DNA of 64,000 nt from Macrostomum lignano (lineage: Eukaryota). Below, one piece after another: positions 50,401 through 63,200 of this stretch. Numbering within the stretch: position 1 is the first letter of the stretch; every line of letters starts with the position of its first letter. The notes below the pieces were generated by a model, which ran no database searches, was not told where the DNA came from, and was given only the letters and a program-made list of their open reading frames with translations. The stretch spans positions 310,001 through 374,000 of the forward strand of contig NIVC01000262.1 in the NCBI GenBank assembly GCA_002269645.1, in the 5' to 3' direction. The position numbers and the translations under genes are program-made.

Positions 50401-53400
50401 TGTTGTATAAAGCTGTAGATTTATTTAGATTGGTGATCTTTATTTTACAGAGCCTTAAACATTTTAGTAAGTTTTTAGTGTTTTAAGTTAAAATTGTCGC
50501 TAACTTGAAAACTGTAATCAGACTGATGTTGAATCACCCTTTAGGGCAATGAGAATCACACTTTAGGGCAATGAGAATCACACTTTAGGGCAATGAGAAT
50601 CACACTTTATGACAATGAGAATTACATTTTATGGCAATGAGAATCACCCTTTAGGGCAATGAGAATCACACTTTAGGGCAATGAGAATCACACTTTATGA
50701 CAATGAGAATCACACTTTAGGGCAATGAGAATCACCCTTTAGGGCAATGAGAATCACACTTTAGGGCAATGAGAATCACACTTTATGACAATGAGAATCA
50801 CACTTTAGGGCAATGAGAATCACACTTTATGACAATGAGAATCACACTTTAGGGCAATGAGAATCACCCTTTAGGGCAATGAGAATCACACTTTAGGGCA
50901 ATGAGAATGACACTTTAGGGCAATGAGAATGACACTTTAGGGCAATGAGAATCACACTTTATGGCAATGAGAATCACACTTTAGGGCAATGAGAATGACA
51001 CTTTAGGGCAATGAGAATGACACTTTAGGGCAATGAGAATCACACTTTAGGGCAATGAGAATCACACTTTAGGGCAATGAGAATCACACTTTAGGGCAAT
51101 GAGAATCACACTTTAGGGCAATGAGAATCACACTTTATGGCAATGAGAATCACACTTTAGGGCAATGAGAATCACACTTCAGAGCAATGAGAATGACACT
51201 TTAGGGCAATGAGAATGACACTTTAGGGCAATGAGAATCACACTTTATGGCAATGAGAATCACACTTTAGGGCAATGAGAATGACACTTTAGGGCAATGA
51301 GAATCACACTTTAGGGCAATGAGAATGACACTTTAGGGCAATGAGAATGACACTTTAGGGCAATGAGAATGACACTTTAGGGCAATGAGAATCACACTTT
51401 AGGGCAATGAGAATCACACTTTAGGGCAATGAGAATCACACTTTATGGCAATGAGAATCACACTTTAGGGCAATGAGAATCACACTTTAGGGCAATGAGA
51501 ATCACACTTTAGGGCAATGAGAATCACACTTTAGGGCAATGAGAATCACACTTTAGGGCAATGAGAATCACACTTTAGGGCAATGAGAATCACACTTTAG
51601 GGCAATGAGAATCACATTTTATGGCAATGAGAATCACCCTTTAGGGCAATGAGAATCACACTTTAGGGCAATGAGAATCACACTTTATGACAATGAGAAT
51701 CACACTTTAGGGCAATGAGAATCACCCTTTAGGGCAATGAGAATCACACTTTAGGGCAATGAGAATCACACTTTATGACAATGAGAATCACACTTTAGGG
51801 CAATGAGAATCACACTTTATGACAATTAGAATCACACTTTAGGGCAATGAGAATCACCCTTTAGGGCAATGAGAATCACACTTTAGGGCAATGAGAATGA
51901 CACTTTAGGGCAATGAGAATGACACTTTAGGGCAATGAGAATCACACTTTATGGCAATGAGAATCACACTTTAGGGCAATGAGAATGACACTTTAGGGCA
52001 ATGAGAATGACACTTTAGGGCAATGAGAATCACACTTTAGGGCAATGAGAATCACACTTTATGGCAATGAGAATCACACTTTAGGGCAATGAGAATCACA
52101 CTTTAGGGCAATGAGAATCACACTTTATGGCAATGAGAATCACACTTTAGGGCAATGAGAATCACACTTCAGGGCAATGAGAATGACACTTTAGGGCAAT
52201 GAGAATGACACTTTAGGGCAATGAGAATCACACTTTAGGGCAATGAGAATGACACTTTAGGGCAATGAGAATGACACTTTAGGGCAATGAGAATCACACT
52301 TTATGGCAATGAGAATGACACTTTAGGGCAATGAGAATGACACTTTAGGGCAATGAGAATGACACTTTAGGGCAATGAGAATCACACTTTAGGGCAATGA
52401 GAATCACACTTTAGGGCAATGAGAATCACACTTTATGGCAATGAGAATCACACTTTAGGGCAATGAGAATCACACTTTAGGGCAATGAGAATCACACTTT
52501 AGGGCAATGAGAATCACACTTTAGGGCAATGAGAATCACACTTTAGGGCAATGAGAATCACACTTTAGGGCAATGAGAATCACACTTTAGGGCAATGAGA
52601 ATCACACTTTATGGCAATGAGAATCACACTTTAGGGCAATGAGAATCACACTTTAGGGCAATGAGAATCACACTTTATGGCAATGAGAATCACACTTTAG
52701 GGCAATGAGAATCACACTTTAGGGCAATGAGAATCACACTTTAGGGCAATGAGAATCACACTTTAGGGCAATGAGAATCACACTTTAGGGCAATGAGAAT
52801 CACACTTTAGGGCAATGAGAATCACACTTTAGGGCAATGAGAATCACACTTTAGGGCAATGAGAATCACACTTATGGCAATGAGAATCACACTTTAGGGC
52901 AATGAGAATCACACTTTAGGGCAATGAGAATCACACTTTATGGCAATGAGAATCACACTTTAGGGCAATGAGAATCACACTTTAGGGCAATGAGAATCAC
53001 ACTTTAGGGCAATGAGAATCGCTGCCCTACTGAACTAGTCACTATTGAATATAAAAAAACAGATTAACAATCAAGAGGACAGCTAGACTGTCGGTCAGAC
53101 CCTCTAAAAACAAACGAAGTAACTCACTACATCTCGGCGTAGGTAATCTCCGGCTTGAAGTACTCGTGATCAGCGAGGCACAATTCGAACTCCGGCTGCA
53201 CAATGCAGTTCTTTATGTGTCGCACGAAGCAGAACACGATTTCGTCGTGAGGCGGCAAGCCGTCCAGGGTTGACGAGGCGCGCCGACCTCCCGAGGAGCC
53301 GGTGTCGTGCGCGTCGCCTAGGTGAAGGTGCTCAACCAGCCTGGCGCAGCTGCTGTCGGAGCTGCCATCGTCCAGCTGGTTCAGTCCGGCATCCTCTCCG

Positions 53401-56400
53401 CTCAGGTTTTGCAGTTGTTGGCGTCTTTGACGTCTGGAGAATTTGCCAAATTCCAGACTGCTAATGTAGGTCCTGGCCGTGTGCGTCTCTCGCTCACGGT
53501 CTCGGTCGTCCGCTTCGGACTGGCTGTCCTCGAGGCCCTGCGGTGTTTTTATATATCGGATAGAAAGGACCTTGAGTTCAAATTTGTGTCCTTGAGCAAG
53601 ACACTTTACTCTGCATTGCTGCAGTTCACCCAGCTGTAAAATGGGTGCCAGTCCTTGGACTGAACAGCCGTACGCAGCCTTTAGAGGCGCCGGGCCGCGC
53701 TAAACAAGGACAAAAATGTGCATTCACATGCTTGAAATGACCTTATAGTTACATTAATTCACATTTATGAGGACCAAAATGTACTAAGATTTTAATGTGC
53801 GCTTGTACAATGACCTCATTTAACATGTAGAAGAAAACATGAAGTTCCATTTTTACAACTGAACAGATTGTAAACAGATTATCGATTTCGATTCTAACCT
53901 TCAACTATGCCTAATAAATTAAGTTGGTATGCAATTTATTAGATATTGATTTACGCTCGTAAAAGTTTAAGAGATGATGGATGTGATGAGAGAAGAGATG
54001 AGAAAGAAGATAAGAGGAGAGGAAATACTCGTAAGAAAGGAGATAAAAGGAGATAGGAGAGAGAATAGAAGAGGCTTTAAAGGAGAGATATGAGAAGACA
54101 CAAGGCTTGAGCCGGCCGAATTGCTATTTCAACCATCTCAAACTAAAACACATACTGGTTTTTTATAATCCCGTGGACTTCTTATTCTTTATCTATTTAA
54201 TACGATGCTCCAAAAAGACTCATCCGGTGAGACGCGTCTTTCTCACCTGCGTATTATAATAGATTATTAACGAAGCTGACGCCGTGTCGCCTCCGTTGCC
54301 GTCCCCACCCGAAGCCAGTCCGTCAAGTCCGTTCAAGTCTAAGTTGTTTCGCCTGGCCTCTCGGTAGCTAACATCGAATAACAGTAGTTCATGCGCGTTG
54401 TCGTGACCGCAACTGCTAGGCAGATCGGTGTCAGTCGGCGCCGATGCCAGCGTATCGTCGTCCACAAAATCAACGTGCGCGTAGTGAATGCTGTTCTCAA
54501 TGTCCACTTGTTTGCCGGAGTGGCGAAATATTTGACTGTTGAATTTCGGACAGTAGGCTTGGAATTCTTCAACCATGTCCTGGTTGGGTGCGCGATTAAC
54601 AATGGTCTTACATCTCCGTGTGAGTTGCATTCCATGCGGGGCCACAGAATTCGTGTCTGGTGTATGAATATTTGCCTGGGGCTTGTTCAAGAGAACCAAC
54701 TCCAAAACCCTGGCACTGAGGAAGTGAGCCCTTGAATTTTTGCGGTTCCCTAAAGCCACAGCTACACAAGTACAGAGACATGAGGGGCGCACTAAAGATG
54801 CACTGCAGCCCCGACTTTGTCTGCCATGGGTCGAGCAAAAATATCCCAATATGTGGATTCAAATTTGATGTAGCTACGCCTGGAATCGAGCGAAAGCCTT
54901 CTGGCCCAAGTCCTCTGATAGATAATTTCTAGAATTTCGAAAAAGTCCCTTTGACCAACAACAGCTGCAATCAAACTTTGATGTAGAATAAAAAACCGCT
55001 ACCTTCCTACCTTGATGTAGGGATCGTGAAACCAGATGTCCCTAGTGCGCATATTCTCCAGCACAATGTGCACCGCATCTGCTAGATTCTCCAGCACCTG
55101 ACCGATCAGCGCCTTGCGTTGCTCGTCCGGGAATGCGTCTCCGTAGTGAATTCGAAACTGTTTCACTAACGTACTCTTGCCGCATCCGTTGCCGCCTAAG
55201 TTAATGTCAAAAAGTGAAATCTGGATTAAACGTTAATATACGTTTTGGTTGAAAAAAACTTGGCAGTTAAAAAATCTAAAGGAATAGCGCTATGTAACGG
55301 ATAATATGAATGAATACTGTCATTTTAATTTCATAAAATTAAACTTAAATTAAACTTCAGCATAAACTTAAACTTAATAGTGAGACACTCTTTTATTGAT
55401 AGACACACTTATAGACTGTATACACATTTTAGCCTGTCGAGAGACGCACTACAGATGCCGTGAGACACGTTCCGAACTCTCAAAAGGGCACTTTAGACTG
55501 AGGTAAAAACACTTTGTCGAGAGACACACTTCAGATTGCGACAGACACACTTCATGCTGTGGTAGACACACTTCATGCTGTGGTAGACACACTTCAGGCT
55601 GTGGTAGACACACTTCAGGCTGTGGTAGACACACTTCAGGCTGTGGTAGACACTTCAGGATATGGTAATCACACTTCAGGATATGGTAGACACACTTCAG
55701 GATATGGTAGACACACTTCAGGCTGTGGTAGACACACTTCAGGCTGTGGTAGACACACTTCAGGCTGTGGTAGACACACTTCAGGCTGTGGTAGACACAC
55801 TTCAGGATATGGTAGACACACTTCAGGCTGTGGTAGACACACTTCAGGCTGTGGTAGACACACTTCAGGCTGTGGTAGACACACTTCAGGCTGTGGTAGA
55901 CACTTCAGGCTGTGGTAGACACACTTCAGGCTGTGGTAGACACACTTCAGGCTGTGGTAGACACACTTCAGGCTGTGGTAGACACACTTCAGGCTGTGGT
56001 AGACACACTTCAGGATATGGTAGACACACTTAAGACGTCGAGGTATTTGGAATTATTAGATGTTTAAGAAAGAAACTGTTTTAACGTGTGTCGTGTTGTA
56101 CTAGAGTAAAAAACAAACCAATCAGCAGCAGGTGAATCTCCTTGCGCTTGGCTTCCTGGTCAGTCAGCAACAGCTGGTCAATTTGCTTCGAACGCATCAG
56201 AGCCCTCTTCTGAGCCAGCTTGTTGATGCTGTTAAAATGATCCGATATCTGTAAGAAGTTTTGATGCGAGTTGAATAAGAGATCTCTAAGTCCTCAGCGG
56301 GTGTCTCTTGCGTGTACCCAGGTATCTGCCAACCAGACGTGAGTTGACGGGAGAAGGACTGTTTGGCGCTTTTTAAATCCTCTGCAGAAACCGGCTCGTA

Positions 56401-57798
56401 ACTCGAGCCGTCATCATTTCCTTAACACACTGAATTTGGCATTTCGCACTATAGATTGTTGGAATCGAAGAATAGGGAAGAAAACTACGAGCTAGTTGGT
56501 ATTCCCAACCACTACTCATTTTCCTAAGCACCCCACGCCGAATTTATTCCAATATATATTTGCTTATCTTCTAATCAAATATAGCTATAATGCGTGCCAT
56601 AACTCAAAATAGAAAATTTAGTACTGGATAATTGAATTTCAATCGCAATTAGGGAACAAGCGTTGTTATATGCTTATAAAAATATGCGCGTTTCCCATCC
56701 TTTTTTCATAGTCAATTTCTTTATCTCTTCTTCAGCATAATTGGGCGCCCCAATGTTCTATAGGGGAATTAATACGGCCGAGCAATTGATAGTTTTGAAA
56801 AAGAATTGTTTGATTGCAATCTTATTGACTTGTATTCATATTTGATCATTATTTATAGTTACAGTCGGCTACAGCTACCTACCAGTGATGAAATGACATT
56901 GAGAACTTATCCCTACTGACATCTCAACCTTCATCCCTAATGAAATCTCGTCTTTATTGATATTGAATCTCCACTGAGCTCTTATATTCACGGAAGTATA
57001 ATCTTTACCTTCACCTTAACTCTATTTCTTTCTCATGTTATCTACTAATATCTGATCTCTAGTGAGATCTCATCTCTACTATCATGGCATCTTCACTGAC
57101 AGCTTTTTATTACACCTGCCTTAATAGGCAGATGTAGCTCGTACAACCGGCCATTGTGGCACGCATCTGAAGGCTGTTTGCGGCTGTTGAGTCTAAAATC
57201 TGTGGTTTGCCATCGCCACACAAGCCCTCAATTACCCCAGGTAATGCTGTCATCCATTTTACAGCTGGGTGAACTGAAGCAATGCAGAGTTGAGGTGTCT
57301 TTCTCAAAGACACAAGTTGTTCCGAGTGGGTCGAGAACCGAATCCCCTAACCAGTAGGCTACAACCCCCCCCCCCTCTGCTTGATGCACATCTTGTGGCC
57401 TCCGATCTACTTACTTTTTTACTTGTGTGCCTCTTGGACGATGCGATAGCAACCAGACTGGCCTTCTTAGCCAGCACCCGTCTGCCTCCAGCCACTCCGC
57501 CGCTGCCGCTCCCGCCGCCACCATGGCTCGAAAATCTCTTGCTTCCGCCAATAACTGTACCGGCTCTTCTTAGCTTTCTCCTTCGCTTGTTGTTGCTGCT
57601 GCTGCTGTTTGAGGCTGCCGCTGGTGCCGATGCTGTTGCTGACAGTGCCGTAGTGACTGCAGCCGTCGATGAAGAAGTTGAAGCCTCCTCTACTATGGTA
57701 GCATCGATCGTGTCTCCTTGTGTCACCGTCGGCTTTTGCTGCTTCCATTCGTCGTCGTCTTTTGGTACGAGGCAGATTCGTTCCTCATTGTCGCTCAT
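47492..57798 (-). CDS. Atypical extra-large heterotrimeric G-protein alpha subunit (~750 aa)
   Basis: Exons 57798-57415, 56248-56119, 55195-55011, 54914-54816, 54675-54247, 53537-53128, 50412-50284, 48732-48603, 48519-48363, 47691-47492. Total 2253 nt with phases consistent; exons 1, 4 and 5 are less certain. Motifs RSKQID..KEIHLLLIG, GGNGCGKST, DYVPTLQDIL, DLAGQRSQRHKWIHYFEDV, LFLNKLD, FPDYRG, IYTHLITAID. AATAAA on minus at 47320-47325. Confidence 0.85.
47765..48345. repeat. 22-bp minisatellite GATAATCAGGGCGATTTTGATG (G-alpha last intron)
   Basis: Direct reading. Confidence 0.93.
48830..50240. repeat. Two adjacent minisatellites: 20-21-bp ACACAGATAGACAGGGGTGT (48830-49097) and 23-bp GACACAACAGTGACAGGAAGATG (49180-50240), G-alpha intron
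   Basis: Direct reading. Confidence 0.9.
50530..53020. repeat. 22-bp minisatellite GAGAATCACACTTTAGGGCAAT, ~110 copies (G-alpha intron)
   Basis: Direct reading. Confidence 0.95.
53568..53682 (+). mobile_element. CORE-SINE, 5'-truncated copy with internal deletion (in G-alpha intron)
   Basis: Shares TTTGTGTCCTT..CAAGACACTT..ACTCTGCATTGCT.CAGTTCACCCAGCTGTAAAATGGGTGCCAG and TCCTTGGACTGAACAGCCGTACGCA with the 58533 copy. Confidence 0.75.
55520..56030. repeat. 21-bp minisatellite GACACACTTCAGGCTGTGGTA (G-alpha intron)
   Basis: Direct reading. Confidence 0.92.
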
Positions 57799-58532
57799 CT
57801 TTGCGGAGGAAATCCGACAGCTGGTTTAGTGGGCTGGCCAGCTCTCGTTTGTAAACTGTATTGCCGGTGTCAGATTACAGCGGATTTTCCTGCCGCAATG
57901 CTAAAATATTAAAGGCCATTTGTTGGCTGCGTCTCAAGGCCTATCACACCAGCTTTCGATTTTATTCGCCCGTGCTCGACTGTGTGTACCTTCGACTGAC
58001 GCACCTCGTCCTTCCTTTTTTCCTTTTCTTCCCCTTTCTCCCTCGTGTCAAGGAGGCCCACAGCTAGAACTTGGCGTGCTAGGATTGAGTAAACAAATAA
58101 AAACGCAAAAAACAAGAACCTTCCTCTATCCCAGTCTGCGAGTTTCTGACTGTTTCGAGTCATTTTGTTTGAACTTTTAAGTATAAAGTACTTAAATCTG
58201 GAGGTGTAAAAATTGGATTGGTTCAGATTAGAAACTAAAGTGTGTAGAAAATCATGCCAAAAACACAGAGAAAACATTTTAAAATGACAGTGTGGTAATT
58301 GGGACATGCCAAGGTTCGTGTGGGAAATGCTGAGATGTCAAGGCTCATTGGGGGGAATTGCTGAAATTCTGTGGCTCTTGGTGGTTACTCAGATGTTTTG
58401 AGCCAAAAAAACTCATAGGGAATCTCATATCTTCAGCTAGATAGCTGTTTCTCAAGACTGATGCTGCTTTCCTTTAAACATCATTTTCCTGAAGAGATTA
58501 GCAATACGCTCGTACTGACTTGACTGTACTAC

Positions 58533-58755
58533 GGCTGTTGTAGCCTAGTGGTTAGAGCGTCGGACTCACAATTTGAAGGTCAGGGGTTCGATTTCCGATC
58601 CCACTGAAACAATTTGTGTCCTTAAACAAGACACTTAACTCTGCATTGCTTCAGTTCACCCAGCTGTAAAATGGGTGCCAGCATTAGCTGGGGTAATTGA
58701 GGCTGTGTGTGTGGCGACTCCCCAGTCCTTGGACTGAACAGCCGTACGCAACCTT
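58533..58755 (+). mobile_element. tRNA-derived CORE-SINE, near full length
   Basis: Pol III A box TAGCCTAGTGG and B box GGTTCGATTTCC, followed by a CORE-like segment TGTGTCCTTAAACAAGACACTTAAC..CAGTTCACCCAGCTGTAAAATGGG. A second copy lies at 53568. Confidence 0.8.
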
Positions 58756-60294
58756 CAAATGCGCCGCGAAATAGCTGCGGCTGAGCTGTCGGTTGCACAT
58801 CAAAATACTTACATGTAGTTACTTACATATAGTTTACTCAAAACTGTTATTCCTTTCTTTGTTGCGTCACCAACAGAAGGAGCGCAGATTGCTAGTTCCT
58901 TAAACACAATTAACTGCATTCTGAGCAATATAAATGCGACCTAGTAATAAAAGAGAAGTTAAAAGACACTAAGCTACAATCAAGTTTTATAGTTGTCCAA
59001 AAATGTAAGGCTTGAATAAGAGTTGTCAGTCCAAGTTCTGAGTCTCCTTGCCCTCTCCCAACCACCTCCTCATTCTTATGCACTGTCATTATCTCCCATT
59101 GAAAAGCAAACCGAACAAAATTCAATCCCAAGCCCCTGCAGTCTTCTCCCTTCTATGTATTATTATATACACGCTCGTATATAAATCAGTGCCTCTTTGC
59201 AACCAATCAACTCTTCGAACCGGTCGAAGCTCTGGAATTTGGTGCCTCCGCATTTTACTTTCTTCTATCTCTATCATTCCTATTCTATTTGAGTCTATAC
59301 TGCTCAGAATCCCTATATATCACCCCTCACCATTTGCCTCTGGCCTATTCATTTCCGCCTTATTCTCATTCGGAACTTCACATTCCCCAGTTTCTTATAA
59401 TTGCTCACTCGCTCTCTCTCTATCCGATCTAGCTCCTGTTGGTCTCTCTCTCTCTTTCTTTCCCATTTATGGCTCCCCCTCCCAACGATAAGATGGGACA
59501 GCGCGAGTTTGGTGGCTTCAACCTCTATAGCTATGGGCATTTTAATCAAACTGCCAATGCGCTCAAGACTTTCGAATATAGAATCTATATAGTTCTTATA
59601 GTATAAGTGTGAGCGCTATCGATGCCGCGATTGAATGGGTCCTATCTATCTCACTACTGTCTGACACTTTGCCTCCATTCGATTCATTAACCCCCCCTCC
59701 CCCATAGCAACCCCAAACTTCGTCGCTCGGCTTCTTATCGACAGGCAAATTAATCTTCTCCCTCTACGGCAAGAGAGAAGGACGATCGGTCTTATATGGA
59801 ACTGGAGCTGGGATTCTGTGTTTAGCGACTGGGGCCGCTTCATCATCATCTTGTTTAAAGTACCCACTGTCTTAAATTTTCATTTAAAACCAACCAAGTG
59901 TAAAAACTATTATTCACTTGTTTATATTTTTTCTAGAAAAATTGACAAGAACTTTTCCTGTTAGTCTGTTACAAAGCTGTCTGTTAAAAAATTGAAAATT
60001 ATATTGTATCATTTAGCTTAATGTTATTATAGAGAATAAATAAACTTAAAACAATACTGTATGTTTTACGTACAGTTTTTACTTTAGAAAAAATAATCTT
60101 TGTCTCAGTAAGATATCGCTTAAATTCTAGGATTTCTCGTTCTGTGCAAACAGTTACAAAGTTCTTGTGGGCCGTATTAACGAAGGAGGGCAGTGCTAAA
60201 CAAAAACTATTCACAACTTTTAAAAAGTTATTGAAATTCACTGTTATTTGATAATAATAGTTAGGATGCGTCTTCATCATCGGCCATGGTTTCC

Positions 60295-63200
60295 TCACTT
60301 GACTGACAGCGGGTTTCTCTTAGTATTGGCCCTCTCGTTCGTCGGTCTCTGCCGATACTCCACCCCGATGCCGTCCACGACCGCCCGATTCTTGCGCGTC
60401 TCCGTCTGGCTCTCCTCGCCCAGAACCCGGCGACCCTCCTCGCTGACGACCTCCTGCGTGACCGTGAGAAGTTTCAGCATCTTATTAATCTTTAGAATTC
60501 TAGCCACCTCTTTGCAAGCTCTCGTGTCCATTGGCACCTGGCGTAAGAATAGCTTCTCAAGCTTGTTATTAATTTTCAGCGCTTCGGATAGAGAGAAGAA
60601 GCAGACATTGTCCAGGCGGATTCCGCTCAAATCCAGCAGGACAATGGTCCGATTGCTAGAGAATGCGGCGATGAAAGTGTTAAAGGCCATCGCATCAATC
60701 TTGAGGTTAGCCAAGATCAGGCCTTCTAGACTCTTGCTCTCCATCAGCTTTCCGTTGAGATCCTGCGATGCCACTATGCTCATCTGGCAGCCAGAAAAGT
60801 CTAGAATGCGCAGGTTGTCCGCAAATTTAGTTGGCAAATTTTTTATTATGCTTCCAACCAGCGACATGTGGTGACAATTTTGAAATGCGAACGTTTCTAG
60901 TTTAGTCATGTTCGAGCAGGCTTCGCGCATGTTGTTTAGCATTTTTGGCGACAACTGGTCCAGCTTCTTTCCTGACTCGTCGATGCACTCAAGATTCTTC
61001 AGATGAAAGCCGGTCTGATCGGGCTTCTTACGCCTGATTTCCATCTGGCCTGTAGAATTGGCGGGGTCCTCTGGCTCCGGACAGCACACGGTTTGAAGGA
61101 AGTCTGCCATTAGATCCTTCTCTGTCCAGTAGATGCGGAGCGTCTTGATGTGAACGTTCGTTTTCATTGCGGTAGCCAGACTTTTGTATGCCTCAAGCGT
61201 CTCTTTGGCTAGCAGATCTAGGCGCAAGTCCACCTCTTGGATGGTCGTGTGGTTAAACTTGATCATCTTGGACAGGCCTGTAAGCGACAATCTCGGAATG
61301 ATGCCCTCGTGCTTCACGGTGAATCGCTCTGGCAGCGATTCAACAATTTTCTTGCCAAGATCTCTGCGGGCCATGTCCATGACCGCCACGCATTCCAGAC
61401 TGAGCTGGTAGTCCATGATCTTGCCCTCGACCAGTTGACTGTCTTCTGGCGACGTAGCCGCTGGCATTTTCATGCGACTCGCTTTGCCTCGCCGTTTGTT
61501 ATACTGCAGTATCTTTGCAAACAGTTCCCGGGTGGCCGGCGTGTCGTTGTCCGACTTGCGGATGCTGCAGTAGAACACAACAACATTGTAGGAGATCGGA
61601 GTCATACTCATGTTCTGGAAGAAGCGGCTAGCTTCATCTGTTCCACTAGTGTCTAGATTTTTCGCGGCGAGATACTCTTGAATAAGACGATTGCCAAACA
61701 TGTAGCGCTGGTTATCCTCTGCGGTGAGGTTTGTAGCCAGTTGAATCAGGCCGAACTTAGTCATCATGTGGTCCTCCTTGGCCAAAATGAAAGTTGCGCT
61801 GCCTTTCTTTATGGTGTCCATAGCGCGTTCGGACAGCATTGCGTAGGCGCGATTCGCTTCGAAGCGACTCTCCTTTTCGCGTTCGATCAGCTTCAACTTG
61901 ATGCAGGAGACAAACTGTTCCACAATTGTTGTCGGAGAGTTCAGATCGATACTCATGCGCATGTCGGTCAGCAGGCAGAAGAACGAACAGTACAAAGGCA
62001 CCTGTGAGTAATGTCGCAGGGACGCTATTTTGCTTTGATTTGAATTTTCACCGTTTGAATCCTGTTGTTGCTGCTGATCGTTTCCTTGACCCTTGCTAGA
62101 GCTGCGGCTTAGTTTTGTGCTGACTTTGTCCGTGTTTTCCCTCTCCAAAGGTCGCTCGTCTCTGGGCTTTGCCGAGGTCACAGATGTCGCCGATTCTGAC
62201 GACCCGCGTCGCCTCTGCGGCTCCTGCGACTTTTTCGCTGCATCCAGCAGCTTTTGAAGCTCAGTTGATTTTTTTGCCACTACTAGCTTGTTTAGAAACG
62301 AGGAAAAGTGTTCCCACGGCTTCTTAGCTAGTTTGACGTACTTCTGAACGTACTCCTCTGCCTGGGATTTGGCGAATCCGGTCAGAATTACCTTGCGCTG
62401 GTAGCGGTGCATCAGTCTGACTGTAAAGTTAGTCTGACTAAATACCAGAATGTGCAGTTCCGGCATGATGTTCTCAAATAGCAAACTCTTCATCTCATCA
62501 TTTAGATTGTCTTCGTAGCCATCTATGATGAGCAGTGTGCTCGCCTGGTGCATGTTCATCACCTCCCAAATTTCGCGTTCGGCCAGCTTGCAGTCGCCTC
62601 CGAAAAGCTGTTCCATCATCATCACTTTCACTGTGGGCGCTGTTACTTTAAGATCAAGCAAGATTAGCAGTTGGAAAGGCCGTCCGAATACGTTTTCGTC
62701 CAAAGACCATTTGTAGGCCATATACTTAGCCAGCGTACTCTTCCCTGTTCCAGGGTCACCCTCAATAACTACTGTATGCGGGTCTTTTTCGCCTTCCTTA
62801 TAATCAAAAACTTGGAAGGCGTTGACTGACTTTCTGCAATTTTAAATTGAGAAATCAAAGTTGAAAATTATGTCTTGCTTAATGATCTGATCTGTTTTCC
62901 TGCTACTTACCCATTCAAATTGAGCAGCTGCTGTTGGCAGTAGAATTCGGCAATGTCTGTTTCAACTTTAGTGTACCATGGAATCGGATTCCATTTGGCG
63001 TACGCGGTGGAGTACCGCTCTCGAAGAATGTTGTTACAGTAAGGTAGACCCTCTGAAGAAACAGAAGAAACAGAAAAATCCTGTGATCAACTCTTAGAAG
63101 AGGATTTACTAATTATTATAAATACTTACGTGGTTTATTAGCAAGGATGTCGGCCTTAGCGGCCTGGTAGTCCTGGTGCATCTGCTGGTACACCTGTTCG

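Noticed and set aside
54608-54862. Minus-strand ORF with LLDPWQTKSGLQCIF, resembling the G-alpha LWxDxGVQxCF helix
   Set aside because: The equivalent helix is better placed in exon 53537-53128, just before the YF..VDR exon, and this frame has no compatible donor. Probably coincidental.
1143-56033. Dozens of long periodic ORFs ([61 protein letters not shown], Leu/Ser-rich)
   Set aside because: They are translations of intronic or intergenic tandem repeats that lack stops, and the flanking exons join in frame without them.
58533-58610. tRNA gene
   Set aside because: A and B boxes are present, but there is no complete cloverleaf or acceptor stem, and it runs into a CORE domain, so it is a SINE head.
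57290-62716. Plus-strand ORFs overlapping G-alpha exon 1 and the NLR (e.g. 57290-57829, 60248-60874, 61237-61656), and similar ones antisense to ENaC and BRCA2
   Set aside because: They are antisense shadows of GC-rich coding sequence with no recognisable motifs.
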